Shown here piece after piece: positions 19,553 through 28,371 of a stretch of DNA of 55,589 bases; positions within the stretch are counted from its first letter, which is position 1, and every line of letters begins with the position of its first letter. The notes under the pieces are model-generated. The model was not told the origin of the DNA. It searched no databases and saw only the letters and a list, made by a program, of their open reading frames with translations. The stretch lies in the IMG/VR virus record IMGVR_UViG_3300021090_000026, positions 1 to 55,589 of that record; one strand, 5' to 3'. The stretch is from a virus (Duplodnaviria > Caudoviricetes). Both the position numbers and the translations under genes were made by a program.

Positions 19553-20350
19553 TCAAGCTGCTGAACCAATCTCGTTGATCGACTCTCTCACAGTGTGAGG
19601 AATTGCAAGCGCGAGGAGACGTTCCGTTGTCACGCGAATCGCATCAGGATTTTCGTCGCCGACGATGAACTTTCTACCCGCGAGAGTGGCGGCGACAGCA
19701 GTCGTGCCAGATCCAACGAATGGATCTAAGATGATGCCCCCGACTGGAGAAGAAGCGACGATGGTCCTCTGCACGAGTTTGACAGGTTTTTGCGTTGGAT
19801 ACGCAGTTCTCTCGCGTGACTGAGTGCCTACGATGGACATCCACCAGACATCTGTAGGAACTTTACCCCTAGCTGCTTTGACCTTGTCCTTCTGAAGACC
19901 GGGAGCCATGTAAGGAATTCTGTCGATATCATCCCAATTGAAGACGTGTGATTTCATCTGTTTAGCGTATGAAAGTACGACCTCATGTTTTTTGGGGAAT
20001 ATTTTTTTCCCCCGCCCTCCGTAGTCGAAACTCCAGATGATCGTGTTGAGGTGGTTCTTCTCTCCGAAGATAGGATCCATCACGAGGACGCGCGCGTAGG
20101 CTGCAGCTTTCTCGTTGAGATGCAAGTAGATCGTGCCGGTCTTTTTCAGAACTCGATGGCACTCTTGCATGTGTTCCTTGAGCCACTCGTAGTAGTCTTC
20201 TCTGTTGTCGATGTACGATAGACCCTTCGAACTCTTACGAACACGACGTGTATTGAAGGGAGGATCCGTGAAGATCATATCGACGCTCTCGTCGGGCAAG
20301 CTCTTCAAGAGTTCGAGCGCCTTCGCGAGATAAACAACGTTCTCTTCCAT
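19553..20350 (-). CDS. Site-specific DNA methyltransferase (N6-A/N4-C, beta class)
   Basis: 'VDMIFTDPPF', 'YPTQKP', 'LDPFVGSGTT'; no cognate restriction gene visible. Confidence 0.92.
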   Translation of the reverse strand: MEENVVYLAKALELLKSLPDESVDMIFTDPPFNTRRVRKSSKGLSYIDNREDYYEWLKEHMQECHRVLKKTGTIYLHLNEKAAAYARVLVMDPIFGEKNHLNTIIWSFDYGGRGKKIFPKKHEVVLSYAKQMKSHVFNWDDIDRIPYMAPGLQKDKVKAARGKVPTDVWWMSIVGTQSRERTAYPTQKPVKLVQRTIVASSPVGGIILDPFVGSGTTAVAATLAGRKFIVGDENPDAIRVTTERLLALAIPHTVRESINEIGSAA

Positions 20351-20389
20351 GGGAGTAAAATACATCGCAACCCAGAGAATGTTTAACAA

Positions 20390-20602
20390 CTAAAGGATTT
20401 CCCATCCAACATCTATCCATCTACTTCTAAGATGTGAATGGGAGAAAGTCTCGATAGTCGACGTAGTCTTACCATCAACAATCATTGTTCTAAGCATGAT
20501 AGCATTATGCCCCGATAACCCAAGAACAACGTACACGTAGGTAGGTGGAGATAGTCTCTGCATAGACAGAACATCACCAACTTTGATCCAGTCTTCGACC
20601 AT
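20390..20602 (-). CDS. Small beta-rich hypothetical protein
   Basis: 'IKVGDVL..YVVLG'. Confidence 0.55.
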   Translation of the reverse strand: MVEDWIKVGDVLSMQRLSPPTYVYVVLGLSGHNAIMLRTMIVDGKTTSTIETFSHSHLRSRWIDVGWEIL

Positions 20603-20733
20603 TAGAACGTCAAAAAGCCCCCAGAATCACTTCTGGAAGCCCTCGTAGGAGTGTAAGACTCGGTTATTTCTTTTGGATGATCCGTTTGTAGCTGACTTCT
20701 TCGACCGCGGCAAAAATGAAAACGACGTCTGGT

Positions 20734-20761
20734 ACCTTTCTCCCTTGGTGGGGAGAAAGGT
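20734..20761 (-). terminator. Hairpin (possible terminator)
   Basis: 11-bp stem acctttctccc/gggagaaaggt just after stop at 20772. Confidence 0.5.
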
Positions 20762-20771
20762 CATAGAACTT

Positions 20772-21131
20772 CTACAAAGTGTTTCTGGGGCAGTCTGGTG
20801 ACTCCTCTTCCATGAGAGCGATCATCATCTTGAGGTACATACCCATTGCACGGTAGAATTGATTCCCGAAGTGTTGGGACATCGATTTTCCAACATAGAC
20901 GAGATCTTTCATCGCCGGAGCCTCTCCGGGAGATCGAAACTTGTTCACGTACTCGATGAACAATTTACACGACTTCTTCAATTCAGCCTGCTGGCTGGGA
21001 TCGTTTCCAACCTTCTCAGCGTACTCGATAGCTTTGTGAGGATATGTCGCGCATGCGAGCATCAAAAATCCGGCCTTCGTCATGTATTTGTCGCACGAAG
21101 AATCATCGTCCAAAAACTTACGGCCTTCCAT
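20772..21131 (-). CDS. Hypothetical protein
   Basis: TAATG overlap with upstream gene. Confidence 0.6.
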   Translation of the reverse strand: MEGRKFLDDDSSCDKYMTKAGFLMLACATYPHKAIEYAEKVGNDPSQQAELKKSCKLFIEYVNKFRSPGEAPAMKDLVYVGKSMSQHFGNQFYRAMGMYLKMMIALMEEESPDCPRNTL

Positions 21132-21334
21132 TAAGATGACCTCTTGTTGTCGGTTCCTCGAATGTTGTCTTTGACCAATTCCCAGTACAACATGGGTACG
21201 ATGGCAGGAGAGATCACGAAGCACATGATCCGAAATGGGAGAGCGTCAGAACCAAGATGGTTTCTCTTCAGGAAGAAGAAGTACGCTCCCGAGATATAGA
21301 AAAAAGATACGATGATGAAAAAAATTGTTGACAC
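21131..21334 (-). CDS. Small membrane protein
   Basis: Two hydrophobic segments. Confidence 0.55.
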   Translation of the reverse strand: MSTIFFIIVSFFYISGAYFFFLKRNHLGSDALPFRIMCFVISPAIVPMLYWELVKDNIRGTDNKRSS

Positions 21335-21380
21335 GTTACCTCATTACTTTCGTAGTTGTTTCACTTCTGAGCGGGCGCAG

Positions 21381-21461
21381 AGCGAGAGATGGGGGTCGAA
21401 CCCACGATGGATTTCTCCGCTAGCTTGGAAGGCTAGTGCCATACCACTTGGCGACTCTCGC
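21381..21461 (-). tRNA. tRNA-Gly(UCC) with 14-nt variable region; no encoded CCA
   Basis: Acceptor GCGAGAG/CTCTCGC, U73; D arm GCC-AAGTGGTAT-GGC; anticodon CTAGC-CTTCCAA-GCTAG; V region CGGAGAAATCCATC; T arm GTGGG-TTCGACC-CCCAT. Confidence 0.88.
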
Positions 21462-21467
21462 AGTATA

Positions 21468-22250
21468 ATGAATCTTGTGAATACTTGTCCTCATTGTTTG
21501 TTTTCTTTTCCCTACGGAAGATCTTTTGGAGCTCATAAAACGAATTGCAGATCCAATCCGAACTACGAACGCAGACAAGAGCTCATTCGGCAAAAGAGGA
21601 AAGTAGAAAAAATCTCTTACAAACTTTGTTGTCATACTTGTTGTTCTTCTTTTGAAGAAGAGATGACGCTGACAACGTTTTCTAAGAAAACGAATTTCTT
21701 CTGTTCTAGATCTTGCGCAAATACTAGAGCACATTCGCTTGCTACAAGAGCAAAAACATCTCGAAGTCTTGCAGGAAGAAAAATTGCTCCCGAATTTGTC
21801 ACCACGCAATGCGTAGTTTGCAGTAAAACTTTCCAGAAAAAACGCAAATCAGCCGCGGCTACCTGTTCGTTAGCTTGTAGAGGTACTTTGATTTCTACAA
21901 AAGTGACTGGCAAAACTGGTGGATATCGAACTAGGTCCGGAAAGAGCAAATTTCATGGAGCTGACTACAATGGAACGTGGTTGGACAGTGGTTGGGAAGT
22001 CCGACTCGCACGACATCTTGATAAACTCAACATCAAATGGTCACGAGGAAATTTCATCCCTTACAGATTGGGAGAGAAACAGAGAAAATACTACCCTGAT
22101 TTCTATCTAAATGACTTTGACTCGTACATCGAGGTGAAAGGATACTGGACTGACGAGTCGAGAACAAAGATCTCTGCTGTCATTTCACAAAACCCTATCA
22201 CTTTGATCATTCTCAACTCTATTGAGGAGATAGACAATTTCTCTATCTGA
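21468..22250 (+). CDS. Putative homing endonuclease (Zn fingers + PD-(D/E)XK)
   Basis: CPHC, CSRSCAN, CVVC..CSLAC; 'DSGWE..YYPDFYL..YIEVKG'; opposite strand to neighbours. Confidence 0.8.
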   Translation: MNLVNTCPHCLFSFPYGRSFGAHKTNCRSNPNYERRQELIRQKRKVEKISYKLCCHTCCSSFEEEMTLTTFSKKTNFFCSRSCANTRAHSLATRAKTSRSLAGRKIAPEFVTTQCVVCSKTFQKKRKSAAATCSLACRGTLISTKVTGKTGGYRTRSGKSKFHGADYNGTWLDSGWEVRLARHLDKLNIKWSRGNFIPYRLGEKQRKYYPDFYLNDFDSYIEVKGYWTDESRTKISAVISQNPITLIILNSIEEIDNFSI

Positions 22251-22255
22251 GAACT

Positions 22256-22723
22256 TCATTCGATGAACTTCTCCTCGAGCTCAGGAATTTCGATTTCGAC
22301 AGAATTGGCCGCACTCATTCGTCCTCGAAGGGTCGATGCCTCGGTTGCTGACTTTTTCGCCTTCTCGATGGCAAGAGCTGAATCGAACTTTCCCTGCATC
22401 ACACTCGCAGTCTCTATGCTCGATTGGCTCATGAGACTACGCCAGTGGGCGGAGACCCTTTCGATTCCACCGATCCGTTTGACAGCCTCGGCCATCGAAA
22501 TTTTCTCGACTCCCACGGCGACCACAACCTCGAGGTTGTAGCGCGACTGGAACGCCTGGAGGCTTGCGATGTTCTTTTCGCAAGTTTCGATCTTCACCAT
22601 GAGCTCCTCGGTGGAGAATCCTCCCTGCCCTCGAAGGGATTGCGAAAGCAACGCGATCGCACCATCACGTTCGGTCTCACGGTTGCGGATGGCGGTGCGA
22701 AGCGTGTATCCATTGATCTTCAT
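22256..22723 (-). CDS. Hypothetical coiled-coil protein
   Basis: Helical 155 aa, 'SRYNLEV..ISMAEAVK..AANSVEIEI'. Confidence 0.7.
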   Translation of the reverse strand: MKINGYTLRTAIRNRETERDGAIALLSQSLRGQGGFSTEELMVKIETCEKNIASLQAFQSRYNLEVVVAVGVEKISMAEAVKRIGGIERVSAHWRSLMSQSSIETASVMQGKFDSALAIEKAKKSATEASTLRGRMSAANSVEIEIPELEEKFIE

Positions 22724-23262
22724 GGTGATACCTCAGATAGTAGGGGTTGAGATTCCTGACGAAGCATATTCTTTAGTCTCCATGCTTCGACGAGCCACTT
22801 GACCGCACCTGCGCTGGTCGGATGGACACCGTCGGAAAGGGAAATGTTCAGAGCTTGCGTGTCGAGGTAGACGCAGGGAGCGACTCTCGTTTTGAGGTAA
22901 TCGTTGGTCACCGACTTTTGTCCTCGAACAAGAGGGGGACCGACCCAGACGCAACCCGCTCCGGTGGACTTGATCTGAGAAACGATCTTCGTGGGATCTG
23001 GTTTGATACCGTAGTCGTTGGTACCGAGAAACACGATCACCGAATCGTACTTGCCGGTCGAGAGAGCAGTTTCCATCTTCTCCCCCTCCCAATATGCGGT
23101 CCGAGTGCCGCTTTTGCAGATCGTGTTTACCATCTCACCCGGCTGCCTCACAGCAGAGATCGCACCGTAGTTCATGGAGCATGCTTCCGAATCTCCTACG
23201 ATAAGGATATTCTGGGAGAGCAGCAAAAAATAAATGATCTTCAACAAAGTAAGAGCGTTCAT
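22720..23262 (-). CDS. SGNH/GDSL hydrolase
   Basis: 'LIVGDS','FLGTND','DGVHP'; hydrophobic N-terminus. Confidence 0.85.
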   Translation of the reverse strand: MNALTLLKIIYFLLLSQNILIVGDSEACSMNYGAISAVRQPGEMVNTICKSGTRTAYWEGEKMETALSTGKYDSVIVFLGTNDYGIKPDPTKIVSQIKSTGAGCVWVGPPLVRGQKSVTNDYLKTRVAPCVYLDTQALNISLSDGVHPTSAGAVKWLVEAWRLKNMLRQESQPLLSEVSP

Positions 23263-23529
23263 TCACTTCATCCTGTAGAATTGGTCTCCGGGGAGCATGT
23301 TGTCCCGTGTGCCCTTCATGGGTTCTAGCAGAACCATTCCCCGCGTATCCCATCCAACAACTAACCAACATCCCAGATTGGTTCCGTGCTCGGTCGGTCT
23401 CGCCTGCAAAAGCACTGTCTGTACGGAGAGCTCCCATTCTTGAGCTGAGAGATTGACCACCCACGCTCGTTTCAACCTATGATGTGGGAAGCACTGTAGA
23501 ACGTTGTACGTTCTCGTCGCCGGCGACAA
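23263..23529 (-). CDS. Hypothetical protein
   Basis: Fills gap in operon; start uncertain. Confidence 0.4.
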   Translation of the reverse strand: MSPATRTYNVLQCFPHHRLKRAWVVNLSAQEWELSVQTVLLQARPTEHGTNLGCWLVVGWDTRGMVLLEPMKGTRDNMLPGDQFYRMK

Positions 23530-24343
23530 TTTTCTCTAAAGACCTCATCCTCTCACGGAAGAAATTTCGGGGAAGATCTCCGAGGAAATCATCGCCGAGG
23601 CCCGGAAACTGGTTAGTCTCCAGGAAGTGGAAAGAACCATCATCGCAGAGGATGTAGTCGTTTCCACACACGTCCAACCCGAAGTGGGTTGCGACCTTAC
23701 GAGAATGCTCGATCATTTCGATCGGAACATTCTTCGCGTTCATTTGCACGTTCTCTCCTCCCGGAGAGTTCTTGATCCACGACTCTTCGTGGACAGTTTC
23801 GATGAAGAAAACTTCCTCCTCGATGTGGAGGATTCGGACCGATCGACCCACGAAGAAGGGTTGGATAGTCGCTTGGCCGGCCCACTCCATGAATCCAATT
23901 CCTGGCCGGAAGAGAACTTTACCCTCGCCCGAATGTTCGTTACCGAACTTGACGACGGTTCCGTTCTTTGGGCTCCACCCGAAATAGTCTTCGTTCTTCA
24001 TGAGATCCTGCCAGGTTGCCACCACGCAAGAATCGTTTCCGAAGAATCCTTGATCTATACACTCCTGAGCGACGACATGCCGATCGACCATTCGAAGGAG
24101 CGTCTTGGGATCGGGCCAACATGGCAGGGAAGAGAGAATTTTGAGTAAGCTGACAGTCCGGTCGGTGTCAGGATCCGCAGCGTAATAGATTCCGCCCTTC
24201 CACTCCTGGTACATTCCCTCGAGCTTGAATCCTCCCTCGATAGCACTTGCCCGTCGAGGGTTCCGAGAGAATCCCCAGTCCGACGTGATGGCAAGCTGAC
24301 CCACCACCGAGAGCTGACCTGACATGAAGATTAGTGGTTTCAA
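23477..24343 (-). CDS. ATP-grasp (RimK-like) ligase
   Basis: 'VVKFG..HSGEGKVL','IQPF','FGLDVCGNDY..FLETNQFPG'. Confidence 0.8.
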   Translation of the reverse strand: MKPLIFMSGQLSVVGQLAITSDWGFSRNPRRASAIEGGFKLEGMYQEWKGGIYYAADPDTDRTVSLLKILSSLPCWPDPKTLLRMVDRHVVAQECIDQGFFGNDSCVVATWQDLMKNEDYFGWSPKNGTVVKFGNEHSGEGKVLFRPGIGFMEWAGQATIQPFFVGRSVRILHIEEEVFFIETVHEESWIKNSPGGENVQMNAKNVPIEMIEHSRKVATHFGLDVCGNDYILCDDGSFHFLETNQFPGLGDDFLGDLPRNFFRERMRSLEKIVAGDENVQRSTVLPTS

Positions 24344-24594
24344 AATTCTGCTCCAAGAAAGCTAACGTGCTCCATCTTGAGCAGGACGCGGGCTATGTAG
24401 TAGACCCATCCTTTCTTTCCGCAGGTTGTCATGACCTTGATTGACGCTGATGTTTCATCGTCTATCACAATGAGAATATCACCGTGGACGACTCGAGCGA
24501 TCTCTTTTCCGAGCTCCCTGTCCCAAATGACTAGAGAATAGTCACGGTTGGTATATTGAAGGACCTCACCACGTTTCAGATACGTTTCGAGCAT
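24340..24594 (-). CDS. SH3-like miniprotein
   Basis: 'VVHGDILIVID..VMTTCGKKGWV'. Confidence 0.65.
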   Translation of the reverse strand: MLETYLKRGEVLQYTNRDYSLVIWDRELGKEIARVVHGDILIVIDDETSASIKVMTTCGKKGWVYYIARVLLKMEHVSFLGAEF

Positions 24595-24620
24595 TTAGCC
24601 CTTTCAATAGATATGAAGTT

Positions 24621-24857
24621 TCAGATTAGATGGATAGAACGAAGTCGTGAACTTAGAACCCATCCGAGTCCTGTTTCACCGGTCGACGAATCGACCCAGA
24701 GAACATACGTCATTGGATATCGAGTATCCAATTGTTCGTCTAATTTGATACAGGTAGAATCTTTACGAACGAAGATAGATTCATCGCGAGGGCGAGCTCT
24801 GTTTGGAATTCTGCAGACACGATCTCCGCGAGTCATGATGAAGATGTCATTCTTCAT
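24621..24857 (-). CDS. SH3-like miniprotein
   Basis: 'RGDRVCR..VLWVDSSTGETGLGWV'; ATGA overlap. Confidence 0.6.
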   Translation of the reverse strand: MKNDIFIMTRGDRVCRIPNRARPRDESIFVRKDSTCIKLDEQLDTRYPMTYVLWVDSSTGETGLGWVLSSRLRSIHLI

Positions 24858-25333
24858 CGATGAAACTCCAAAGAGGAAATCATCGATTTGCAGGTTATTT
24901 CGACCTGGGCCGCTGCCTTCGTGTCCCCTTCGCAGACGAAGGTCCAAAAACATTCGTTCTGCGGAATTTTTGCCGTAAAGAACAGGGAAGAACTTCCATC
25001 TGGTCGGCTCTTCAACACCCACGTTGCCTGCAGTTCTCCTAAACGACCACCGATCCACTTCGTGGCAAGACCGACGAGCTCATCATGATGAGCGATTCCA
25101 TCGGATGTCAATTCACGTTCTTCTCCACAAATCTTGTAGACCGAAACTGTCATCGGACGAGATCCAACGTTCATCAAGCTCGTACCAACGATCGTCGAAC
25201 CTTCCGTGAATTGCCAACCAATGCCCGGTGCTTCGAAACTCCAATCGTCTCCCTGGACCGTCTGTGGCATGTACGTGAATCGGGCGCATCCTAGATATAC
25301 GACCATGAGTGCGACGAGCCCAAGTTTTTTCAT
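24854..25333 (-). CDS. Putative lipoprotein
   Basis: 'MKKLGLVALMVVYLGC' lipoprotein-type signal. Confidence 0.65.
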   Translation of the reverse strand: MKKLGLVALMVVYLGCARFTYMPQTVQGDDWSFEAPGIGWQFTEGSTIVGTSLMNVGSRPMTVSVYKICGEERELTSDGIAHHDELVGLATKWIGGRLGELQATWVLKSRPDGSSSLFFTAKIPQNECFWTFVCEGDTKAAAQVEITCKSMISSLEFHR

Positions 25334-26178
25334 CCGTACACCCGAACGCATTCGAACATCGTGTTGTCGTGGATTTCGAGAACTTTCGGAATTGACCCGT
25401 CGGGCTCGACCTGGTATCCCCCGGCAAGGTTCCAGGCGACCGGCATTTCCAGCGCTTTGAGCCCATCGAAGACGATGGCATCCCGCATGCGAAGTTGCTC
25501 AGTCGTCAACCATCCTCCATAGGGATCGTTGATGTGAGGATCGGCACCGGCTTGGTACAGGACGATGTCGCATTCTGACATTCCTGCTACGATCAGCGGT
25601 AGCTCTTGGAAGAACTCGACTACTTGCTCAGCTTCAGTGTACTTTTTCCCGCCCGTGTAGTGTTTGATCCAAGCCTGGGCACCAAGCTTTTGGATGATAT
25701 TATCCGTTCCATTGCCGTAATGCATGTCGAGATCGAGGATCCCGACCCGGCTGACTCCCATTTCTTTCGGAGCGAGGGCGGTCACCATCAATCCGTTGAA
25801 GGTGCAAAATCCCTCTCCCGAATAGTAACCAGCATGATGGAATCCAGAACACGGTGCTGCGACCGCAGATTTCGTTTTGATCGCATACTTGGCTGCTGAA
25901 AGCATCGCTCCCGAAGTATAAGGGAGAGACATCGCAACATCGAGAGAACAGTTTCCAAATCCGTTGGCAGTCGAACCTGTTAGGACGTTATCGACATAAT
26001 CGAGATCATGAGCCCGAGCGAGCTCTTCAAAAGAAACGGGGACGGGTTCGATGATTTCGATTGCGAACTTCTGTTGCCAGGATTCGACCACCTTCACCGG
26101 TTTTGCCGCGCTGGGTGAAGCGCTCTGAGAGTCTGCCACCATCTTGGATGAGTAGAAAACGGGGATGGCGGAAGGCAT
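25330..26178 (-). CDS. Histone deacetylase-family (Zn-dependent) amidohydrolase
   Basis: 'GFHHA','GFCTFN','ILDLDMHYGNGT','YQAGADPHINDP','LAGGY'. Confidence 0.92.
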   Translation of the reverse strand: MPSAIPVFYSSKMVADSQSASPSAAKPVKVVESWQQKFAIEIIEPVPVSFEELARAHDLDYVDNVLTGSTANGFGNCSLDVAMSLPYTSGAMLSAAKYAIKTKSAVAAPCSGFHHAGYYSGEGFCTFNGLMVTALAPKEMGVSRVGILDLDMHYGNGTDNIIQKLGAQAWIKHYTGGKKYTEAEQVVEFFQELPLIVAGMSECDIVLYQAGADPHINDPYGGWLTTEQLRMRDAIVFDGLKALEMPVAWNLAGGYQVEPDGSIPKVLEIHDNTMFECVRVYG

Positions 26179-26204
26179 TAATTTCTAATTCCTGTTACTA
26201 GATT

Positions 26205-26233
26205 ATTATAATACACGCAAACTAAAGTTTCAT
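26205..26233 (-). promoter_or_regulatory. Promoter ATGAAA-N17-TATAAT
   Basis: Member of repeated promoter family; upstream of HDAC operon. Confidence 0.65.
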
Positions 26234-26565
26234 CACGTGACAATTTTTCTGGCCCGTTTGTTTGTTGGGGAGAAAAATCCTCGCATGTCTTCCTTCAACG
26301 CCTTATCAATGTTCTTGGCGTGTTTGTAGGTGATTGTGTGAAGGTAGAACTCTGTCACACTACCGTCAGGTAGCAAAAATGACCACACGTACACCTTACC
26401 GGCGCCGGTAGTCTTGATTGATCTCTTGCTAGTTTCTTCTAAGGGAATTAGAACATTCCCTGCATCGAGCTCTAAAGTTGTCCCTTTCCGAAGGAAGGAA
26501 CAGGGCTTTTGGAGAGTTACTGGCTCTCCTTTATCCCATACACCACCGGAATCTTTTGATTCCAT
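26233..26565 (-). CDS. Hypothetical protein (SH3-like pattern)
   Basis: 'LDAGNVLIPL..FLLPDG'. Confidence 0.6.
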   Translation of the reverse strand: MESKDSGGVWDKGEPVTLQKPCSFLRKGTTLELDAGNVLIPLEETSKRSIKTTGAGKVYVWSFLLPDGSVTEFYLHTITYKHAKNIDKALKEDMRGFFSPTNKRARKIVT

Positions 26566-26650
26566 TCGTCACCGGTCCAATATCGTATGAGTCCTAGCGT
26601 GGGGGAGGCTCACCTCCCCCACCATATCGTGTGGCATTTGCCGGTGCTGA

Positions 26651-26767
26651 CTAGCTTCTGAAGAAGCGATTGCGAACCGTTCGGATCGCCAGGTCGAGTG
26701 AGCGAGAGACGATCACCGTGATGACGGCAACGGTGACGCTACGAGTCAGTTGTTCTTTGAGAGTCAT
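26651..26767 (-). CDS. 38-aa hydrophobic peptide (not in ORF track)
   Basis: MTLKEQLTRSVTVAVITVIVSRSLDLAIRTVRNRFFRS; RBS AGGAG, own promoter, downstream hairpin. Confidence 0.55.
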   Translation of the reverse strand: MTLKEQLTRSVTVAVITVIVSRSLDLAIRTVRNRFFRS

Positions 26768-26784
26768 GATTAGCTCCTGAGTAA

Positions 26785-26813
26785 AAAGTACAATGTTAGA
26801 TGTTACGTTGCAA
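26785..26813 (-). promoter_or_regulatory. Promoter TTGCAA-N17-TACTTT
   Basis: Twin of 19422-19450. Confidence 0.55.
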
Positions 26814-27072
26814 GTTCAGATATCGTTTCGAAACCCTGGGGGTGGTCCTTGTTCCACGCGCAAACCCATCCAAACTTCCCATGGAAGAGAACGAGCCAGC
26901 TGTGCAACACTTCTCCACCGTATCGTTGACTTCTTTCAACCTCTTCTATCCAGACCACGTCGTCGAAAAACAGAACGACATCGCCGACTTCCAATTCTCC
27001 GCAATACGTTCCGCTGTTGTTTTGCGGATACTCGTAGAGCCACTGCGCAAGAACGGTGCAAAGGATCTTCAT
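26803..27072 (-). CDS. SH3-like miniprotein
   Basis: 'LEVGDVVLFFD..LVLFHGKFGWV'. Confidence 0.65.
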   Translation of the reverse strand: MKILCTVLAQWLYEYPQNNSGTYCGELEVGDVVLFFDDVVWIEEVERSQRYGGEVLHSWLVLFHGKFGWVCAWNKDHPQGFETISELAT

Positions 27073-27335
27073 GCGATCCTAGATCGGCGCACTTTTTCGA
27101 GAACTCCGATTCGTCCATCGGGTGACAGGACGATCTCTTCGAAGACTTTCGAAAATGTTCGACCGGCGAACTCTGACTTGACCGTTCGTCCTCGACGAAG
27201 AGCCAGGAAGAGGGACCCGATTGGATAATCGTTTTTCCCGGAGGGAAATGACACTACAAATCGCGGGTACTTCTCGTTGTACTCGTCCTCAACGACGATC
27301 TCCCTCGTCTTCAGCACGTCGACATCGTCCACCAT
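27069..27335 (-). CDS. SH3-like miniprotein
   Basis: 'YPIGSLFLAL..VLSPDGRIGVL'; RBS GGAG. Confidence 0.65.
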   Translation of the reverse strand: MVDDVDVLKTREIVVEDEYNEKYPRFVVSFPSGKNDYPIGSLFLALRRGRTVKSEFAGRTFSKVFEEIVLSPDGRIGVLEKVRRSRIA

Positions 27336-27347
27336 GAAAACTCCTGC

Positions 27348-27599
27348 CTAGATGATCTTTCCCAATTCTGACGCTGCGACACTCGGTATTACAACGCATC
27401 CCGCACCCGGAACGATGATAATTTGGCCCATCATCTGGCCGAATGTCGTCGGCTCTATGAAAATGACGATGGACTCTCGCTCAACCCGACCGGAGTTCTT
27501 GATATCTTCATTGAATCCACGATGGGACACGGAAACAAATAACCACGGAGCTCTCACTCGGATCAAATCTCCTTTTACGGGATCTCGTCGCGAACTCAT
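27348..27599 (-). CDS. SH3-like miniprotein
   Basis: 'VKGDLIRV..IVIFIEP..IIVPGAGCVVI'. Confidence 0.6.
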   Translation of the reverse strand: MSSRRDPVKGDLIRVRAPWLFVSVSHRGFNEDIKNSGRVERESIVIFIEPTTFGQMMGQIIIVPGAGCVVIPSVAASELGKII

Positions 27600-27856
27600 G
27601 ATACGACTTCGTCCACCCAACCCAAGAGTTTGATGTATCCGATCGTGGTATTGTAGAGGACGAAGGCTACCCAAGACGTTCGTGTCCCGAGCATGAAAGG
27701 ATCCGAAAGCACTACTACCTGGTCTCCCACAGAGAGTGCACCCTTTTCGGTAGAACTATTGTGTTCGAACCATCTGGCCCTGCCGAGAATGACGATGTCG
27801 CCCTGCTTGAAGCAATTCTGCTTGGGTTCGTAGGGGTAGCTGATGGGATACATCAT
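27596..27856 (-). CDS. SH3-like miniprotein
   Basis: 'FKQGDIVIL..LSVGDQVVVLSDP..VLYNTTIGYI'. Confidence 0.65.
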   Translation of the reverse strand: MMYPISYPYEPKQNCFKQGDIVILGRARWFEHNSSTEKGALSVGDQVVVLSDPFMLGTRTSWVAFVLYNTTIGYIKLLGWVDEVVS

Positions 27857-28089
27857 TGATGTTCGAGCTTGGGAACGATCTGTTCCTCTAGAACCTTCTT
27901 GAGCTCATCGTGATCGATCGGACAGGAAGCGATAGCGATGCACTTTCCAAAATCGATTCCGAACCGGCGAGTTTCGTCCCACGACTTGACCTCCATCGTT
28001 CCGAGAGACTTTCCCGGACCGTAGATGACGCGGACTCCCGTCCACCCCTCTGAGAATTTCAGGAATGAGATATCGAGTTCTTTATTCAC
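27853..28089 (-). CDS. Hypothetical protein
   Basis: Coupled ORF in array. Confidence 0.55.
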   Translation of the reverse strand: MNKELDISFLKFSEGWTGVRVIYGPGKSLGTMEVKSWDETRRFGIDFGKCIAIASCPIDHDELKKVLEEQIVPKLEHQ

Positions 28090-28092
28090 GAC

Positions 28093-28371
28093 TTACTCTA
28101 CAACTTCGAAGACATTATGCATCGGTTGGAACGTGATGTACATCGCAACTATTCCTTTGGAGATCAAAAATTGACCGAACCCGAATCCTGGAAGCGGACC
28201 TTCGAAGTTCATTTTCGTCAGAACAAGAAGAACACGTCCCTTGGGGATCGTGAACAAGGTCGTACCCGCGCAAAAGGTAGCTTCCACCAATAGACGAACG
28301 ATCTGCCCGGGATAAAGATCGTCAACCATGCATTTTCTGCTCAAATCAATTCCTGGAGGAGAAGGCAACAT
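28093..28371 (-). CDS. SH3-like miniprotein
   Basis: 'LYPGQIVRL..IPKGRVLLVL..FLISKGI'; start uncertain. Confidence 0.6.
   Translation of the reverse strand: MLPSPPGIDLSRKCMVDDLYPGQIVRLLVEATFCAGTTLFTIPKGRVLLVLTKMNFEGPLPGFGFGQFLISKGIVAMYITFQPMHNVFEVVE

Noticed and set aside
19553-20350. Restriction-modification system around the methyltransferase
   Set aside because: No adjacent restriction endonuclease; orphan methyltransferases are ordinary in phages.
21312-21467. N-terminal extension of the ORF-track entry 21312..22250
   Set aside because: It is the antisense of the tRNA gene; the true start is more likely ATG 21468.
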